Of a stretch of DNA of 64,000 nt, positions 51,927-62,924 are shown one piece after another. Where the stretch lies: the NCBI GenBank assembly GCA_014132315.1, contig BLZN01000104.1, positions 35,623 to 99,622 on the forward strand, written 5' to 3'. The position numbers and the translations under genes are program-made. This DNA is from Rickettsiales bacterium. GTDB taxonomy: Bacteria > Pseudomonadota > Alphaproteobacteria > Rickettsiales > BLZN01. The first letter of the stretch is position 1; each line of letters starts with the position of its first letter. Below the pieces are notes generated by a model. The model worked only from the letters and a program-made list of their open reading frames with translations. It was not told the origin of the DNA and made no database searches.

Positions 51927-52766
51927 ATGTCCGGGATATCTAACATAATGCAAGGCAAGCGCGGCCTAGTGATGGGCGTTGCCAACAATAGATCAATTGC
52001 ATGGGGTATTGCCAAATCATTAATTCAGCAAGGGGCAGAAATAGCACTTTCTTATCCGAGCGAACCATTCAAAAAAAGAGTATCTTCTCTAGGAGAATCC
52101 ATAGGCTCCAAGCTCTTAATACAATGCGATGTAACGGAATCAGCAGACATAGACAGTATGCTCAGCTTGCTCGAAGAAAAATGGGGAACAATAGATTTTG
52201 TGGTGCATGCCGTTGCCTTCTGCGACAAAAATGAATTGAAAGGTAAATATATAAACACCAGCCTGGATAATTTCCTAAATGCCATGCATATTTCCTGCTA
52301 CTCATTCACCGAAATAACCAGAAAAGCATCGAATATCATGAAGGCAGGCAGCAACGTAATTACCCTCACATATTACGGCGCGAAAAAAGTAATACCGCAT
52401 TATAACGTAATGGGAGTATGCAAAGCTGCACTGGAAGCAAGCATAAGCTACCTGGCCTACGACCTAGGACCCAAGGGCATAAGAGTTAACGGCATCTCTG
52501 CCGGGCCAGTAAAAACCCTTGCTGCTTCTGCCATAGGAGATTTCAATTATATGTTGGAATGGAACAGGCAGAACGCCCCTCTAAGAAGAAATATAACCAT
52601 AGATGAGGTTGGCAACACGGCATTGTTCCTCCTGAGCAACTTAAGCAGCGGCATAACCGGAGAAATTATCTATGCTGACTGTGGATATCACGTAATCGGC
52701 ATGAAGTCAGAAGACACACCGGAGCCGGCGCTGCCAAAAAGATTGCAGAAAGTCACAGAAGCATAG
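51927..52766 (+). CDS. fabI: enoyl-[acyl-carrier-protein] reductase (NADH)
   Basis: GKRGLVMGVANNRSIAWGIAK, and Y...K catalytic spacing in YNVMGVCKAALEA. Confidence 0.92.
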   Translation: MSGISNIMQGKRGLVMGVANNRSIAWGIAKSLIQQGAEIALSYPSEPFKKRVSSLGESIGSKLLIQCDVTESADIDSMLSLLEEKWGTIDFVVHAVAFCDKNELKGKYINTSLDNFLNAMHISCYSFTEITRKASNIMKAGSNVITLTYYGAKKVIPHYNVMGVCKAALEASISYLAYDLGPKGIRVNGISAGPVKTLAASAIGDFNYMLEWNRQNAPLRRNITIDEVGNTALFLLSNLSSGITGEIIYADCGYHVIGMKSEDTPEPALPKRLQKVTEA

Positions 52767-52777
52767 AAAGAGAGCTG

Positions 52778-54226
52778 CTAGAGATCAAGATCTGAAGTTA
52801 TTGAAAATTCGCCAACCAAATTCAATGATGTAGCTAGAGCGCTTAATTTCTTCTGCACTGCTTCTCCCAGAAGATCCTGTATTTCTGGCTTCAGCTTTAA
52901 TACCAACGAGCCATCTTGGGTAGCCAATTTAGAGCTGGCTAGAACCTCTTCCGAGCCAGCGCTTAAAGCATAAGCAAGCCTCATCGCCAGCCCCAGAACC
53001 CTGGCTAAATGCACATCCTTAGTATCAAGCAAAGATACAATATTAGCAAGCTCAGAGCCTATGTTAGCCTGATAACGATGAAACAGAGCCAGTGCTAAAA
53101 AAATTCTGGAGTCATGGTCGATACAAAGCAGAGGCAGTTCCGCGACGCTATAAAAAGCATACTGAGCCTTGTACTTGTCATGATGCTTACAAGCAATCTC
53201 ACTTAAGTAGCAGGCAGCTAAGGAAATTCTCTTTTTTGTCTGCGAAGTATCTTTTAAAAAAATATCAAGCCAGGAATGTAAACATTCACTATATTCGATC
53301 CGCTCTCTGCCAACAGTATCCAGGCAGCCCGCCAGAAGTAAATCGCTTTTGTTAGGGCTGATAGAAAGACTATCGAATAATATCCCCTGCCTGATGCCAT
53401 AATTGGAAAATACCACTCCACTTGGCTCACCGGCCTCAATTAAAGCAGCTAAAATAGCAGCAGCTGCCGGAATCATACTGGCTCTTTTGGAGCTAACCCC
53501 AGCTATTTTAATAGGCGAGGACATCATGCGACTCAAGCTCGCTAGCAATTCCTCAGCAGGAACTCTATAGTTATGCAATATTTTTATGGGATAGGAGACA
53601 CATTCAATATGTGCCTTGGCAAGGACACGAAATCCTCCGCCTACTGCATAAAAGTTAGCACCTCTGAGCTTTTTAACCAAGTCTGACTGATCAAAAAATC
53701 CATGCAGCAAGTCGCTTAGGCTCTGGTGATTGCTATATTTTTGAAACCTCAAAGAGCCAATGGGAAAGGAGCAGGTTGACATAACCTCGCCTTGCAATAT
53801 TTCTGCTAGCTCTAAGCTGCCACCACCTAAATCTCCCACAATCCCAGCAGCGTCCATAACTGCAGATGCAACTCCCAAAGCGCTGAAGCGGGCCTCTTCC
53901 TCAGCCGTAAGAACACTAACCTTCACTCCATGGCTATCTTCTATATACTTTGCAAAATTTTTACCGTCTTTAGCCTCCCTGACTGCAGAAGTAGCAAATA
54001 TTTTTATCTCGTCACATTTCCTGGCAATAGCGATAAATCTTCTCAGGGCATATTTTGCGAGCTCCAGCCCCTCAAGGCTCAGATTACCAGTGCTCTCCAA
54101 ATCTGCACCCAAGGCACATAAAGCTCGCTCATTGAAAATAATAGCTGGGATGAAGCAGGTACAGTCATAAACCACCAAGCGCACAGAATTAGATCCTATA
54201 TCTATTAGGGCAATTTTATTGCTCAT
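52778..54226 (-). CDS. ppx: Ppx/GppA-family exopolyphosphatase
   Basis: ASKHA-fold N-terminus (IALIDIGSNSVRLVVY, GDLGGGSLE) plus a C-terminal HD-like helical domain. Confidence 0.85.
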   Translation of the reverse strand: MSNKIALIDIGSNSVRLVVYDCTCFIPAIIFNERALCALGADLESTGNLSLEGLELAKYALRRFIAIARKCDEIKIFATSAVREAKDGKNFAKYIEDSHGVKVSVLTAEEEARFSALGVASAVMDAAGIVGDLGGGSLELAEILQGEVMSTCSFPIGSLRFQKYSNHQSLSDLLHGFFDQSDLVKKLRGANFYAVGGGFRVLAKAHIECVSYPIKILHNYRVPAEELLASLSRMMSSPIKIAGVSSKRASMIPAAAAILAALIEAGEPSGVVFSNYGIRQGILFDSLSISPNKSDLLLAGCLDTVGRERIEYSECLHSWLDIFLKDTSQTKKRISLAACYLSEIACKHHDKYKAQYAFYSVAELPLLCIDHDSRIFLALALFHRYQANIGSELANIVSLLDTKDVHLARVLGLAMRLAYALSAGSEEVLASSKLATQDGSLVLKLKPEIQDLLGEAVQKKLSALATSLNLVGEFSITSDLDL

Positions 54227-54425
54227 ATGCTTTAAACTAAAATACTATCAAGATATTAATTATTCTACTCTAGGCTTCCTATTAGTGCAAGAAAACGACC
54301 AAAAACAGCATTAAAATTGTCTTACTTCTGCAGAGTGCATTTATAAGGAATTTTGCTTTCAATATTGTAAAATTTCAGAGTCATGCTTATAATATCCAAA
54401 CCTGCCAAAGATTGAAGCCAAAAAT

Positions 54426-54680
54426 ATGAAGATATCCGAATCAATCAGAATCAAGCTTGAAAAAGAGCTATCACCTAGCCTTCTAAGCATCAAGGATGAA
54501 ACTAATGAGCATATAGGTCATCACCACATATCACCCGGAGCAGAAGAAACTCATATTAAAATAATAATAAAATCACCCAAATTCGCAGATCTTAAACTGA
54601 TAGAAATACATAGGATGATATATAAAATACTTGAAGAAGAAATGCGACAGATACATGCACTCTCCATAGAAACAAAATAA
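54426..54680 (+). CDS. bolA: BolA-family protein
   Basis: 84 aa with BolA-like ...L.I.DES..H.GH... and ...HR.IY..L....IHALSI. Confidence 0.8.
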   Translation: MKISESIRIKLEKELSPSLLSIKDETNEHIGHHHISPGAEETHIKIIIKSPKFADLKLIEIHRMIYKILEEEMRQIHALSIETK

Positions 54681-54714
54681 TTTGGCTATTAGGCTCAGCT
54701 GCTAAATTTAGCCC

Positions 54715-55377
54715 CTATTCAGGTTTAAGCTTATCTTGCAATGCCCACTCAGCCTCCTGGCGCAAACCAAAAAGCTTGTATATCTCTGCTATATAATAAA
54801 CTGCATTGGGATAATATACAGTATCCTGATATTGCTCAACCAAATTAATCAGGCGTGTGAGTGCGGAAACATATTGTTTTCTTTCTAGATAGAAATTAGC
54901 TATATAGAGCTCCTTAGCTGAGAGCAAATCACGGATTTTTCTATAATGCGTTTTAATATCCGCAGTATATTCAGAACCAGGAAAAGCAACACAAAATTCA
55001 TTCAGCTCTTCCAATGCTCTGGCGCTGAAGCGCTGATCATGCTCAACTGATAAGGCGCTATGATAGCGAGATAGAGCCTTCAAATAATAAGCATGGTCAA
55101 GATCCTGAGCACCCGGATGCAGCCTGATATAATTTTCAGCTGCTGCAATAGCATCATCATAGCTACCTAGACGATAGTTTATCTCAGATATCTTGAGCTC
55201 AGCTGACATAGCAGCCCCTGAAAGCGGATAATTAACTTGCAGCTGGTGGAACTTAGCTAGAGCGAGCTTATACTTACCAGAATCAAGAAAGCGCAAAGCA
55301 TTCTCATATTCAGCATCAGCATCAGCAAACAGTCGGAACGAAAAAAATAAAAATAAAATAAAATAAAACCTAATCAT
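54715..55377 (-). CDS. bamD: outer membrane protein assembly factor BamD (YfiO-like TPR protein)
   Basis: Signal peptide, then BamD-type TPR helices (ALRFLDSGKYKLALAKFHQLQVNYPLS...YRLGSYDDAIAAAENYIRLHPG...LDHAYYLKALS). Confidence 0.75.
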   Translation of the reverse strand: MIRFYFILFLFFSFRLFADADAEYENALRFLDSGKYKLALAKFHQLQVNYPLSGAAMSAELKISEINYRLGSYDDAIAAAENYIRLHPGAQDLDHAYYLKALSRYHSALSVEHDQRFSARALEELNEFCVAFPGSEYTADIKTHYRKIRDLLSAKELYIANFYLERKQYVSALTRLINLVEQYQDTVYYPNAVYYIAEIYKLFGLRQEAEWALQDKLKPE

Positions 55378-55433
55378 ATCTCAAATTATACATCCAGAAG
55401 TACATTCTGCATAACATAATACTCCAAAGATAT

Positions 55434-56093
55434 TCAAGCAGCGCATCTAAGCTGCGAAATAGCCTTGCTATATCCATCTTTTCCTGCGCAGAAAACAGCA
55501 GAGCCCGCCACAAGCACATTAGCTCCGGCACTGATTATTTGCGCCGCATTGCTCAAATTAACCCCCCCATCCACAGATAAATCAATTTCTTTATCCAAAG
55601 AATCTATCATCGAGCGAATCTTTTCAATCTTGCACAGCTGCGAGAGCAAAAACTTCTGTCCGCCAAAACCAGGATTGACTGACATAACCAAAACCAGATC
55701 AATCTCTGGCAATATATAATCCAAGACACTAGCAGGAGTTGTGGGAACCAAAGCTACTCCCGCTTTTTTATTCAGGCTTTTGATCTTCTGCACCATTCTC
55801 TCCAAATGCACCACAGATTCATAGTGCACAGTTATGATATCAGCCCCTGCATCAACAAAAGATTCAACCAGGAGCTCATTGACGCTAGTCATCAGATGGA
55901 CATCAAAAATCACATCAGTATAACGCCTAATACTTTTGATCACTACCGGCCCAATAGTTAGATTGGGAACAAAATGTCCATCCATCACATCTATGTGGAT
56001 ATAATCAGCATCAGCTGCTGCCAAATCCCTTATTTCCTGACCCAGAATTGCAAAATCCGCTGATAATATAGAAGGTGCAACCTTCATCCGCAT
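55434..56093 (-). CDS. rpe: ribulose-phosphate 3-epimerase
   Basis: [21 protein letters not shown] and [10 protein letters not shown] motifs. Confidence 0.94.
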   Translation of the reverse strand: MRMKVAPSILSADFAILGQEIRDLAAADADYIHIDVMDGHFVPNLTIGPVVIKSIRRYTDVIFDVHLMTSVNELLVESFVDAGADIITVHYESVVHLERMVQKIKSLNKKAGVALVPTTPASVLDYILPEIDLVLVMSVNPGFGGQKFLLSQLCKIEKIRSMIDSLDKEIDLSVDGGVNLSNAAQIISAGANVLVAGSAVFCAGKDGYSKAISQLRCAA

Positions 56094-56102
56094 AGCTTAT
56101 TC

Positions 56103-56636
56103 CTAATTATGGTGCCTGCGCTGCATCTGCAAATATTCAGCAGCTAACTCCGCATATTTTTTAGCAGAAATTTTAATTTCTGTCTCTATCTCTCTATTAG
56201 TGAGGCTACGGAAAAGCTTAGCAGGCAGCCCTGCCCAGAGCTCTCCGGTTTTGACCACCTTCCCCGCAGTCAGCAAAGACCCGGCTGCAAGCATGCCGCC
56301 AGATTCGATCACTGCACCGTCCATAACAATCGAGCCCATGCCTACAAAAGCGTGGTCTTCTATCCTGCAAGCATGCAACAAACACTTGTGACCAATCGTG
56401 ACACCATCACCTATGATGGTCGGACCATCCCCGCTGGCCACATGAATAACTGTACCATCCTGAATATTAGTTCCTTTACCAATTCTGATGTAATCAACAT
56501 CAGCGCGAATAACGCAATTGAACCAAACGCTAGATCTTCCTCCAATTACCACATCGCCAATTATACAAGTGCCTGGCGCTATAAAAACATCCCCGGCTAT
56601 CTCAGGTTTCACCTTATTATAAGCAACTATATTCAT
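56103..56636 (-). CDS. gamma-carbonic-anhydrase-family / hexapeptide-repeat protein
   Basis: 177 aa with left-handed beta-helix hexapeptide repeats and YrdA/PaaY-like His positions (IRADV..I.IG..TNIQDG.V.H). Confidence 0.8.
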   Translation of the reverse strand: MNIVAYNKVKPEIAGDVFIAPGTCIIGDVVIGGRSSVWFNCVIRADVDYIRIGKGTNIQDGTVIHVASGDGPTIIGDGVTIGHKCLLHACRIEDHAFVGMGSIVMDGAVIESGGMLAAGSLLTAGKVVKTGELWAGLPAKLFRSLTNREIETEIKISAKKYAELAAEYLQMQRRHHN

Positions 56637-56771
56637 ATAACCTAAAAAGAAATGTTGATGCTATATTTTACTCATTCAAACAAAATCTAGCAAGTAATTT
56701 AAGTTTGACTGATTGTAAAGAGAAATAAAAAAATATAAAACATATGCTATCTAGGGATTATTCAAGAAAAA

Positions 56772-58007
56772 ATGAGCAAAATAAAAAGAGTGGATGGACG
56801 TGAAATCTTTGACAGCCGCGGCTGGCCAACCATAGAAACAGAAATAGAGCTAGCAGACGGAACAGTTGCCTATGCCTCAGTTCCTGCAGGAGCTTCTGTG
56901 GGCTCCTTAGAGGCAATAGAGATGCGCGATTCTGATAGATGCTTTGGTAGAGGAGCGCTGAAGGCAGTTGAGCTAACCAGAAATCAGATATCCAGGGCAA
57001 TCTGTGGAATGGAGGTGGATAACCAGAGGGCAATAGATCAGAGGCTAATTGAGCTAGACGGCACAGATAATAAATCCAGGCTTGGCAGCAATGCAATCCT
57101 GGGTGCTTCTCTTGCCAGCGCCAGGGCAGCTGCTCAGAGTCTAGAAATACCGCTTTATGCACATCTGAATAGCTTCTGCGAAAATCCATGCTCCATGCCG
57201 GCCCCAATGATGAACATCATAAACGGCGGGATGCACGCTAATAATTCAATTGACATACAGGAATTTATGATCATTCCCAGAGCAAATTCCATACATCAGG
57301 CCCTTTGCATGGCGGCAGAAATTTTTCAATGTCTCAAAAAAATCCTCATAAAAAATCGGCATAAAACTAGCGTTGGTGACGAAGGAGGTTTTGCACCTGA
57401 TCTGCAAAACTCAGAAGAAGCAATAAAATTAATCATGGAGGCCATAGAAAAAGCAGAATATAAACCAGGAGAAGAAATTTTCCTAGCACTCGACGCAGCT
57501 GCATCGGTATTTTACCAAAATAATCTATATGAGCTCGAGAAGCAAAATAAAGACCATAAGGAGCTAATAAAATACTATGGATCCCTGATCAGTAAATATC
57601 CTATAGTCTCAATAGAAGATGGCATGGCAGAGCAAGATGAGGCAGGCTGGAGGGAGATGACAGAAAAGCTAGGTAGCAAAATCCAGCTGGTGGGAGATGA
57701 TCTTTTTGTCACCAATAGCAAAATTCTTGCCGCAGGAATTGAAAAAAAACTTGCCAATGCAATATTAATCAAGCCGAATCAGATCGGGACAGTCACCGAA
57801 ACTTTAGAAACAATCAGAGTGGCACGAAAAAGTGGCTACAAAACCATTATCTCGCACCGCTCGGGCGAAACCGAAGATACATTTATCTCTCATTTAGCGG
57901 TAGCAACCGGCAGCAGCCAAATTAAATCGGGTTCCATATGTCGTTCTGAAAGAACAGCTAAATATAATGAGTTGATAAGAATCGGAGAAAAACTAAGTAA
58001 AATGTAA
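56772..58007 (+). CDS. eno: enolase
   Basis: SRGWPTIE, SVPAGASVGS.EA.E.RD, IKPNQIGTVTET and SHRSGETED motifs. Confidence 0.95.
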   Translation: MSKIKRVDGREIFDSRGWPTIETEIELADGTVAYASVPAGASVGSLEAIEMRDSDRCFGRGALKAVELTRNQISRAICGMEVDNQRAIDQRLIELDGTDNKSRLGSNAILGASLASARAAAQSLEIPLYAHLNSFCENPCSMPAPMMNIINGGMHANNSIDIQEFMIIPRANSIHQALCMAAEIFQCLKKILIKNRHKTSVGDEGGFAPDLQNSEEAIKLIMEAIEKAEYKPGEEIFLALDAAASVFYQNNLYELEKQNKDHKELIKYYGSLISKYPIVSIEDGMAEQDEAGWREMTEKLGSKIQLVGDDLFVTNSKILAAGIEKKLANAILIKPNQIGTVTETLETIRVARKSGYKTIISHRSGETEDTFISHLAVATGSSQIKSGSICRSERTAKYNELIRIGEKLSKM

Positions 58008-58442
58008 ACAGCAGCACATTATTAGAATAAATATCAGATAATTCATAGATAGGATCTAATCTGAAGCCTATAGAAAATTAAGATTTGAATACTTAATAAT
58101 TTATATTAGTATAATTATTATATTAATTTAGTTGCTAGCTTTATGTCTGGAGATTTTAAAATAAATTATTTAAGACTAATGCCATTTTAAAAAACTTTCT
58201 CTGCTCTCTAATTTGCTAATTTACTTTCTGATAAACTCATAAGACCCATAAAAAAACCTAAGGTCTTTTAATTAGCGACAGAAGTTCTTTGTGCCTAACT
58301 AAGTCTTAATCTGTTCTCAGAGCATAATTAGCATAAAGAGGTGTAGCAGGTCCTCTATTCAAGTTTAGCCTCTTGATTTGCCTAAAGGTGCCAACAATAA
58401 ATATAATGCTTAGTATATCTAGATGGCTAAACAATCGCTAAT

Positions 58443-59177
58443 CTAAAGATCCTTGAAAGCAACATGAAAGGCTACAATTCCGCAAGCCATATTACTAAAA
58501 CTTACCGAGCTAAATCCTGCTTTTTTAATTAGATGCACGAGCTCCTCCTGAGTATAAAACTGCTCTATGCTTTCTGCTAAATATTCATAGGCAGAATAAT
58601 TACCAGTAACCAGCTTGCCAATCTTCGGAATAACATTGTTTAAATAAGCGGAATATAAACGCTTAAAGACACTAATATGCGAAAATTCAAGGCAAACAAA
58701 TTTGCCTCCTGGCTTTAAAACTCGCCAAGCTTCTTTCAGCGCCAAACTAGGACTAGAAAAATTACGCAGCCCAAAAGAAACAGTATAATAATCAAAATAA
58801 TCATCATCAAAAGGCAGCGATTCCGCAGCACAACACACCCAATTCAGATTATCCAAGATGTTCCGATCAATGAGTTTATACCTCCCCTGACTCAGCATGC
58901 TATAGCTGGCATCGCAAACAGTAACCTTGCTACTGCTGCTATTGACTAAAAGAGCAGCAATATCAGCCGTTCCTCCTGCCATATCAATAATATTTGCATT
59001 TTTCTTAGGGTTAAGAACACTGATCATTCTCTGCTTCCAGAGACGATGCAGACCAAGGCTCATCAGATCATTCATCAGATCATAGTGAGAATAAACAGAA
59101 TCAAAAATTCCACGCACTAATGAATATTTCTTGTGTTTGTTAAATTTATCAAATCCATCAAATTTTGATTTCGGCAT
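58443..59177 (-). CDS. ubiE: ubiquinone/menaquinone biosynthesis C-methyltransferase UbiE
   Basis: YDLMNDLMSLGLHRLWK and SAM motif I (IIDMAGGTADIA); FGLRN motif. Confidence 0.9.
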   Translation of the reverse strand: MPKSKFDGFDKFNKHKKYSLVRGIFDSVYSHYDLMNDLMSLGLHRLWKQRMISVLNPKKNANIIDMAGGTADIAALLVNSSSSKVTVCDASYSMLSQGRYKLIDRNILDNLNWVCCAAESLPFDDDYFDYYTVSFGLRNFSSPSLALKEAWRVLKPGGKFVCLEFSHISVFKRLYSAYLNNVIPKIGKLVTGNYSAYEYLAESIEQFYTQEELVHLIKKAGFSSVSFSNMACGIVAFHVAFKDL

Positions 59178-59236
59178 TAATCCACATTAAAGGCAAAAGT
59201 TATTGCAAATAGCACAAAGCTTAGCTCCTGAAAATC

Positions 59237-60610
59237 TCATACCATGGCTTCTAGCTTCACCCAATCATCAAATTCCTCTGCTGTGCATAGATTAAGAGCG
59301 ATCGCGGCACTTTTAAGGCTTATATTTTCCTCATAGGCTTTCTTGGCAACTTTGGCAGCATTATCATAGCCTATATGAGGATTCAGAGCAGTGACCAACA
59401 TCAGGGACTTATCAAGATTTTCTTCAATCTGCTGCGTATTGACCAATATGCCTGATATGCATCTTTCAGCAAAACTAACAGATGCATCAGCCAGCAGGCG
59501 AATTGAGTGAAGGGCATTATAAGCCATCATGGGCTTGAAGGCGTTGAGCTCCATGTGTCCGCTTGCCCCTCCTAAGGTAACTGCCAGGTGGTTGCCCATA
59601 ACCTGTGCACAAACCATAACTGCCGCTTCGCACTGTGTGGGATTGACCTTACCAGGCATAATGGAGGATCCTGGTTCATTTGCCGGCAAGATTAATTCGC
59701 CCAGACCGCAGCGCGGACCAGAGGCCAAAAGCCTAATATCATTGGCAATTTTCATCAAGCTGCACGCCACAACGTTCAACGCACCACTCAGTTCAACCAC
59801 TGCGTCATGCGCCGCTATTACCTCAAATTTATTAGGCGCAGTGACAAAAGGAAAATCGGTAAAGCCTGCCACCTCCTGAGCAAACATTATGGCAAATCTT
59901 TGGCTAGAATTTAGCCCCGTGCCAACGGCAGTACCTCCCTGAGCCAGCTCATGTAAATTATCCACCGTGCCGCTGATCCGCTTTATACCCTTGGTAATCT
60001 GCTCAGTATAGGCAGAAAATTCCTGCCCCAAAGTGATGGGGGTAGCATCTTGCAGATGAGTTCGGCCAATTTTGATTATGCTCTTAAATTCTTCAGATTT
60101 TTTAAGCAAAATTTTTCTTAATTTATCAAGTGCAGGAAGAAGCAATTTATGCAACTCACACACTATGGCAATATGCATCGCAGCAGGAAAACTATCATTA
60201 GAAGACTGACCCAGATTTACGTGATCATTCGGATGAACAGGTTTTTTGCTGCCAAGGACCCCGCCCATTATCTCGATCGCTCGATTGGCTATCACCTCAT
60301 TCATGTTCATATTAGACTGAGTTCCAGAGCCAGTTTGCCAGACCACTAGGGGGAAACTATCCGCATATTTGCCATCTATAACCTCCATTGCTGCTTGCTC
60401 TATGGCATGACCCAGATCATCAGGGAGCAAACCAAGCTTAACATTAACCCTCGCGGCGCATAGCTTAACAACTGCCAGAGCAGATATCAAGGGCCCGGGC
60501 ATCAGGTCAGAGCCAATACGAAAATTTTCCAGCGATCTTTGAGTCTGTGCGCCCCAATATTTATCCTCAGGGACCTCAACTTTGCCCAAGCTATCTGTCT
60601 CAATCCTCAT
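59237..60610 (-). CDS. fumC: class II fumarate hydratase
   Basis: MRIETDSLG start and the [15 protein letters not shown] signature loop. Likely start is the ATG at 60610; the track ORF extends to 60673. Confidence 0.95.
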   Translation of the reverse strand: MRIETDSLGKVEVPEDKYWGAQTQRSLENFRIGSDLMPGPLISALAVVKLCAARVNVKLGLLPDDLGHAIEQAAMEVIDGKYADSFPLVVWQTGSGTQSNMNMNEVIANRAIEIMGGVLGSKKPVHPNDHVNLGQSSNDSFPAAMHIAIVCELHKLLLPALDKLRKILLKKSEEFKSIIKIGRTHLQDATPITLGQEFSAYTEQITKGIKRISGTVDNLHELAQGGTAVGTGLNSSQRFAIMFAQEVAGFTDFPFVTAPNKFEVIAAHDAVVELSGALNVVACSLMKIANDIRLLASGPRCGLGELILPANEPGSSIMPGKVNPTQCEAAVMVCAQVMGNHLAVTLGGASGHMELNAFKPMMAYNALHSIRLLADASVSFAERCISGILVNTQQIEENLDKSLMLVTALNPHIGYDNAAKVAKKAYEENISLKSAAIALNLCTAEEFDDWVKLEAMV

Positions 60611-60683
60611 TCTGCAACCTATTGAAAAAAACAGAATAGTAGTATATATTAACCTTGGTAGATAAACAATCATGCAATAAAAT

Positions 60684-61478
60684 ATGACCTATATAGTGGC
60701 AGCACTCAACATCACCCCTGACTCCTTTTCTGGAGACGGTGAGCTCAAAAATACAACAGAAAAAGCCAAGAAGCTTATTGAGGATGGCGCGGACATAATA
60801 GACATCGGAGCTGAATCCACCAGGCCTGGTGCAACACCCCTGAGCGCGGAGGAAGAATGGCAAAGGCTGGAAAGAACTTTGCCAGAAATCATTAATCTGG
60901 CACACAAAAATAATGTCAAGGCTAGCATAGACACAAGACATCACCAGACGGCCAGCAAAGCAATCACAATGGGGGTTGACTTTATCAATGATGTTGAAGG
61001 TTTCCATAGTGAAGAAATGATCAATGTGGTGAGGCAAAGCGAAGCATCACTAATAATGATGCACAGCTTAACAGTGCCTGCGGACAGAGATGTAACTATC
61101 CCGGAAGACAAAGACATCATACCGGAAATAACCAAATGGGCAGAAAACACCAAGCAAAAGTTGCTCAATGCCGGCATAAAACAAGAAAGAATAATATTTG
61201 ACCCAGGAATAGGGTTCGGCAAAACCGCAGATCAATCTTGGTATTTGATTAAAAACATACAACAGTTTTTCAGCTTAAACTTGGATATATTAGTCGGCCA
61301 CTCCCGCAAGTCTTTTTTAAATAAAATAACCGCTCTTCCTTTTGCAAAAAGGGATATAGAATCTTTAGCAATCTCTATTTATTGCTTGCAAAAAGGAGTG
61401 AAATATATAAGGGTACATGATGTTGCGATTCACAAACGTGCATTTAGCACGATTGGAGAGCTAGATGTCTGTTCATAG
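60684..61478 (+). CDS. folP: dihydropteroate synthase
   Basis: [36 protein letters not shown] and RVHDV motifs. Confidence 0.92.
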   Translation: MTYIVAALNITPDSFSGDGELKNTTEKAKKLIEDGADIIDIGAESTRPGATPLSAEEEWQRLERTLPEIINLAHKNNVKASIDTRHHQTASKAITMGVDFINDVEGFHSEEMINVVRQSEASLIMMHSLTVPADRDVTIPEDKDIIPEITKWAENTKQKLLNAGIKQERIIFDPGIGFGKTADQSWYLIKNIQQFFSLNLDILVGHSRKSFLNKITALPFAKRDIESLAISIYCLQKGVKYIRVHDVAIHKRAFSTIGELDVCS

Positions 61479-61491
61479 AGTTACTTAGCTC

Positions 61492-62088
61492 TCAAGCATT
61501 AATCAACGAAGGCTTTGCTGTTTTTGTTAGCTTGGCTATATATTTATTAACCGAACTGTCATAAAAGTAAAATTTTTGCACCTGCTCCTTGGCCTTATCT
61601 GAAAGGCGTCTATATTCCCACATACAGCGTTCAGTTGTAGTTTTTTCATCATTATGTTTACAATAGAAAAACAAACCGACATCCAAGAAAGACGTAGCGT
61701 CAGCATTGCCCAAGATATAAGCACGTTCATCAGAGGGGTTATTATCATTTATATGCTTAATCAAATAGCAAACTTCTTTTATTACTGCGTCATCGGCTTC
61801 ACATCTTTGCATAATGCTTTTCATAAGCTTGGCACTTTCTACTGCCACTGCATCTCTATAAGCAGAATAACCTGAATAGTCCTTGGGCTGAAGTCTATGT
61901 TGTAGAGCGCACTCAAGGTCGTGGCCTAATGCGGCAATCTTCATAGTATCATCTACATCTTGGCAAAAAGACTCGGTCCACTGTAAGGTATTACGAGCAT
62001 GAAGAAAATTTTCTTTTAAATTCTCAGAGTTACTTAAATTTTGAATAATTGCTCTTATAACACTATCATAGAGTTTTGCATCTACCAT
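61492..62088 (-). CDS. uncharacterised helical protein, possibly HD-like
   Basis: About 198 aa from the ATG at 62088. Contains AALGHDLE and HINDNNPSDE stretches. Function not recognisable from sequence alone. Confidence 0.45.
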   Translation of the reverse strand: MVDAKLYDSVIRAIIQNLSNSENLKENFLHARNTLQWTESFCQDVDDTMKIAALGHDLECALQHRLQPKDYSGYSAYRDAVAVESAKLMKSIMQRCEADDAVIKEVCYLIKHINDNNPSDERAYILGNADATSFLDVGLFFYCKHNDEKTTTERCMWEYRRLSDKAKEQVQKFYFYDSSVNKYIAKLTKTAKPSLINA

Positions 62089-62167
62089 AAATACCTCAGC
62101 GATAAAAAACAATAATAACATTCATTATATCAGCGGCTACCAGGTCTTTCAAGGACTTTTGAAAAGA

Positions 62168-62205
62168 TTTAAATCTTGTGGATAGTTTTAAATCTTGTGG
62201 ATAGT
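62168..62205. repeat. perfect 19-nt tandem direct repeat (2 copies)
   Basis: tttaaatcttgtggatagt repeated at 62168-62186 and 62187-62205. It lies in the spacer upstream of the HD-like gene and downstream of the 155-aa ORF. Confidence 0.85.
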
Positions 62206-62269
62206 AATTAGACATCCAAAGGAACGGCGAAATATAAATTAAGATGCAAACAAACCCTTGGGTAAGCTA

Positions 62270-62737
62270 TTAGTGAACTTCCATAGAACCGGACTGACCG
62301 TGAGATATATCGCGCCCTGAGGAAGGACCCTGGAAATCAGGAGAAAGGCCACCTAAAGTTGCAAGATCCAGGTCTTCTTTCATGCCTATCATGCCGCCGC
62401 TATGCTCAACAAGCCCGGCGCCGATTTTTCCAATCTCATCAGCACCGGGCGCTTGGATATCTACTGAATTCAAAAGCCCTTCTAGCTTGTCAAATCCTCC
62501 AACCGCAAGAGGAACATTGCCGGTAACAGTAGCTACTGCTTGTAACATGGCATCTCCGCTTTTCATAAAAGCACCGCACGCCTCAAACATGCTATCCACA
62601 GAAGGCGCGCCTTTCATGGAGCTCATCTTAAAAAGAACTTCAAGAATTGCCTCCTCTGTCTTGTTAGCCTCCGCTGCATCGTGCTGACTTTTTATTGCAG
62701 CCATATTAGGGCCTTGCGGCATTTGATCTGCGGACAT
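62270..62737 (-). CDS. orphan 155-aa Gly/Ala/Met-rich acidic protein
   Basis: Intact ORF with visibly higher GC than its surroundings. No recognisable motif. A 101-aa antisense shadow ORF is also present. Confidence 0.45.
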   Translation of the reverse strand: MSADQMPQGPNMAAIKSQHDAAEANKTEEAILEVLFKMSSMKGAPSVDSMFEACGAFMKSGDAMLQAVATVTGNVPLAVGGFDKLEGLLNSVDIQAPGADEIGKIGAGLVEHSGGMIGMKEDLDLATLGGLSPDFQGPSSGRDISHGQSGSMEVH

Positions 62738-62924
62738 CTTGAATTCTCCTATTGACCAAGACTCAGCTTACAATAAAAATATTAACCTAGGATTAAAATG
62801 CGCAGAGCAGTTTTTCAAAAAGTTACCGATATATGAATAATCTAGTTGAAATAAGCAAATCTAGTTGTTAAAATGCTGCCCTAGCATGTTCTTTATATAA
62901 ACCTTATTGTAGATGGGATTTAGT

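Noticed and set aside
213-61262. Dozens of 60-170-aa ORFs in the track lie antisense to, or out of frame within, well-supported genes. Examples: 1899..2408(-), 13885..14244(-), 22737..23147(+), 44103..44615(-), 45914..46291(-), 53760..54170(+), 56758..57207(-), 60600..61037(-).
   Set aside because: They fall entirely inside longer ORFs that carry unmistakable family motifs on the other strand or frame. They have odd Ser/Leu/Cys-rich composition and no SD. They are shadow ORFs, not genes.
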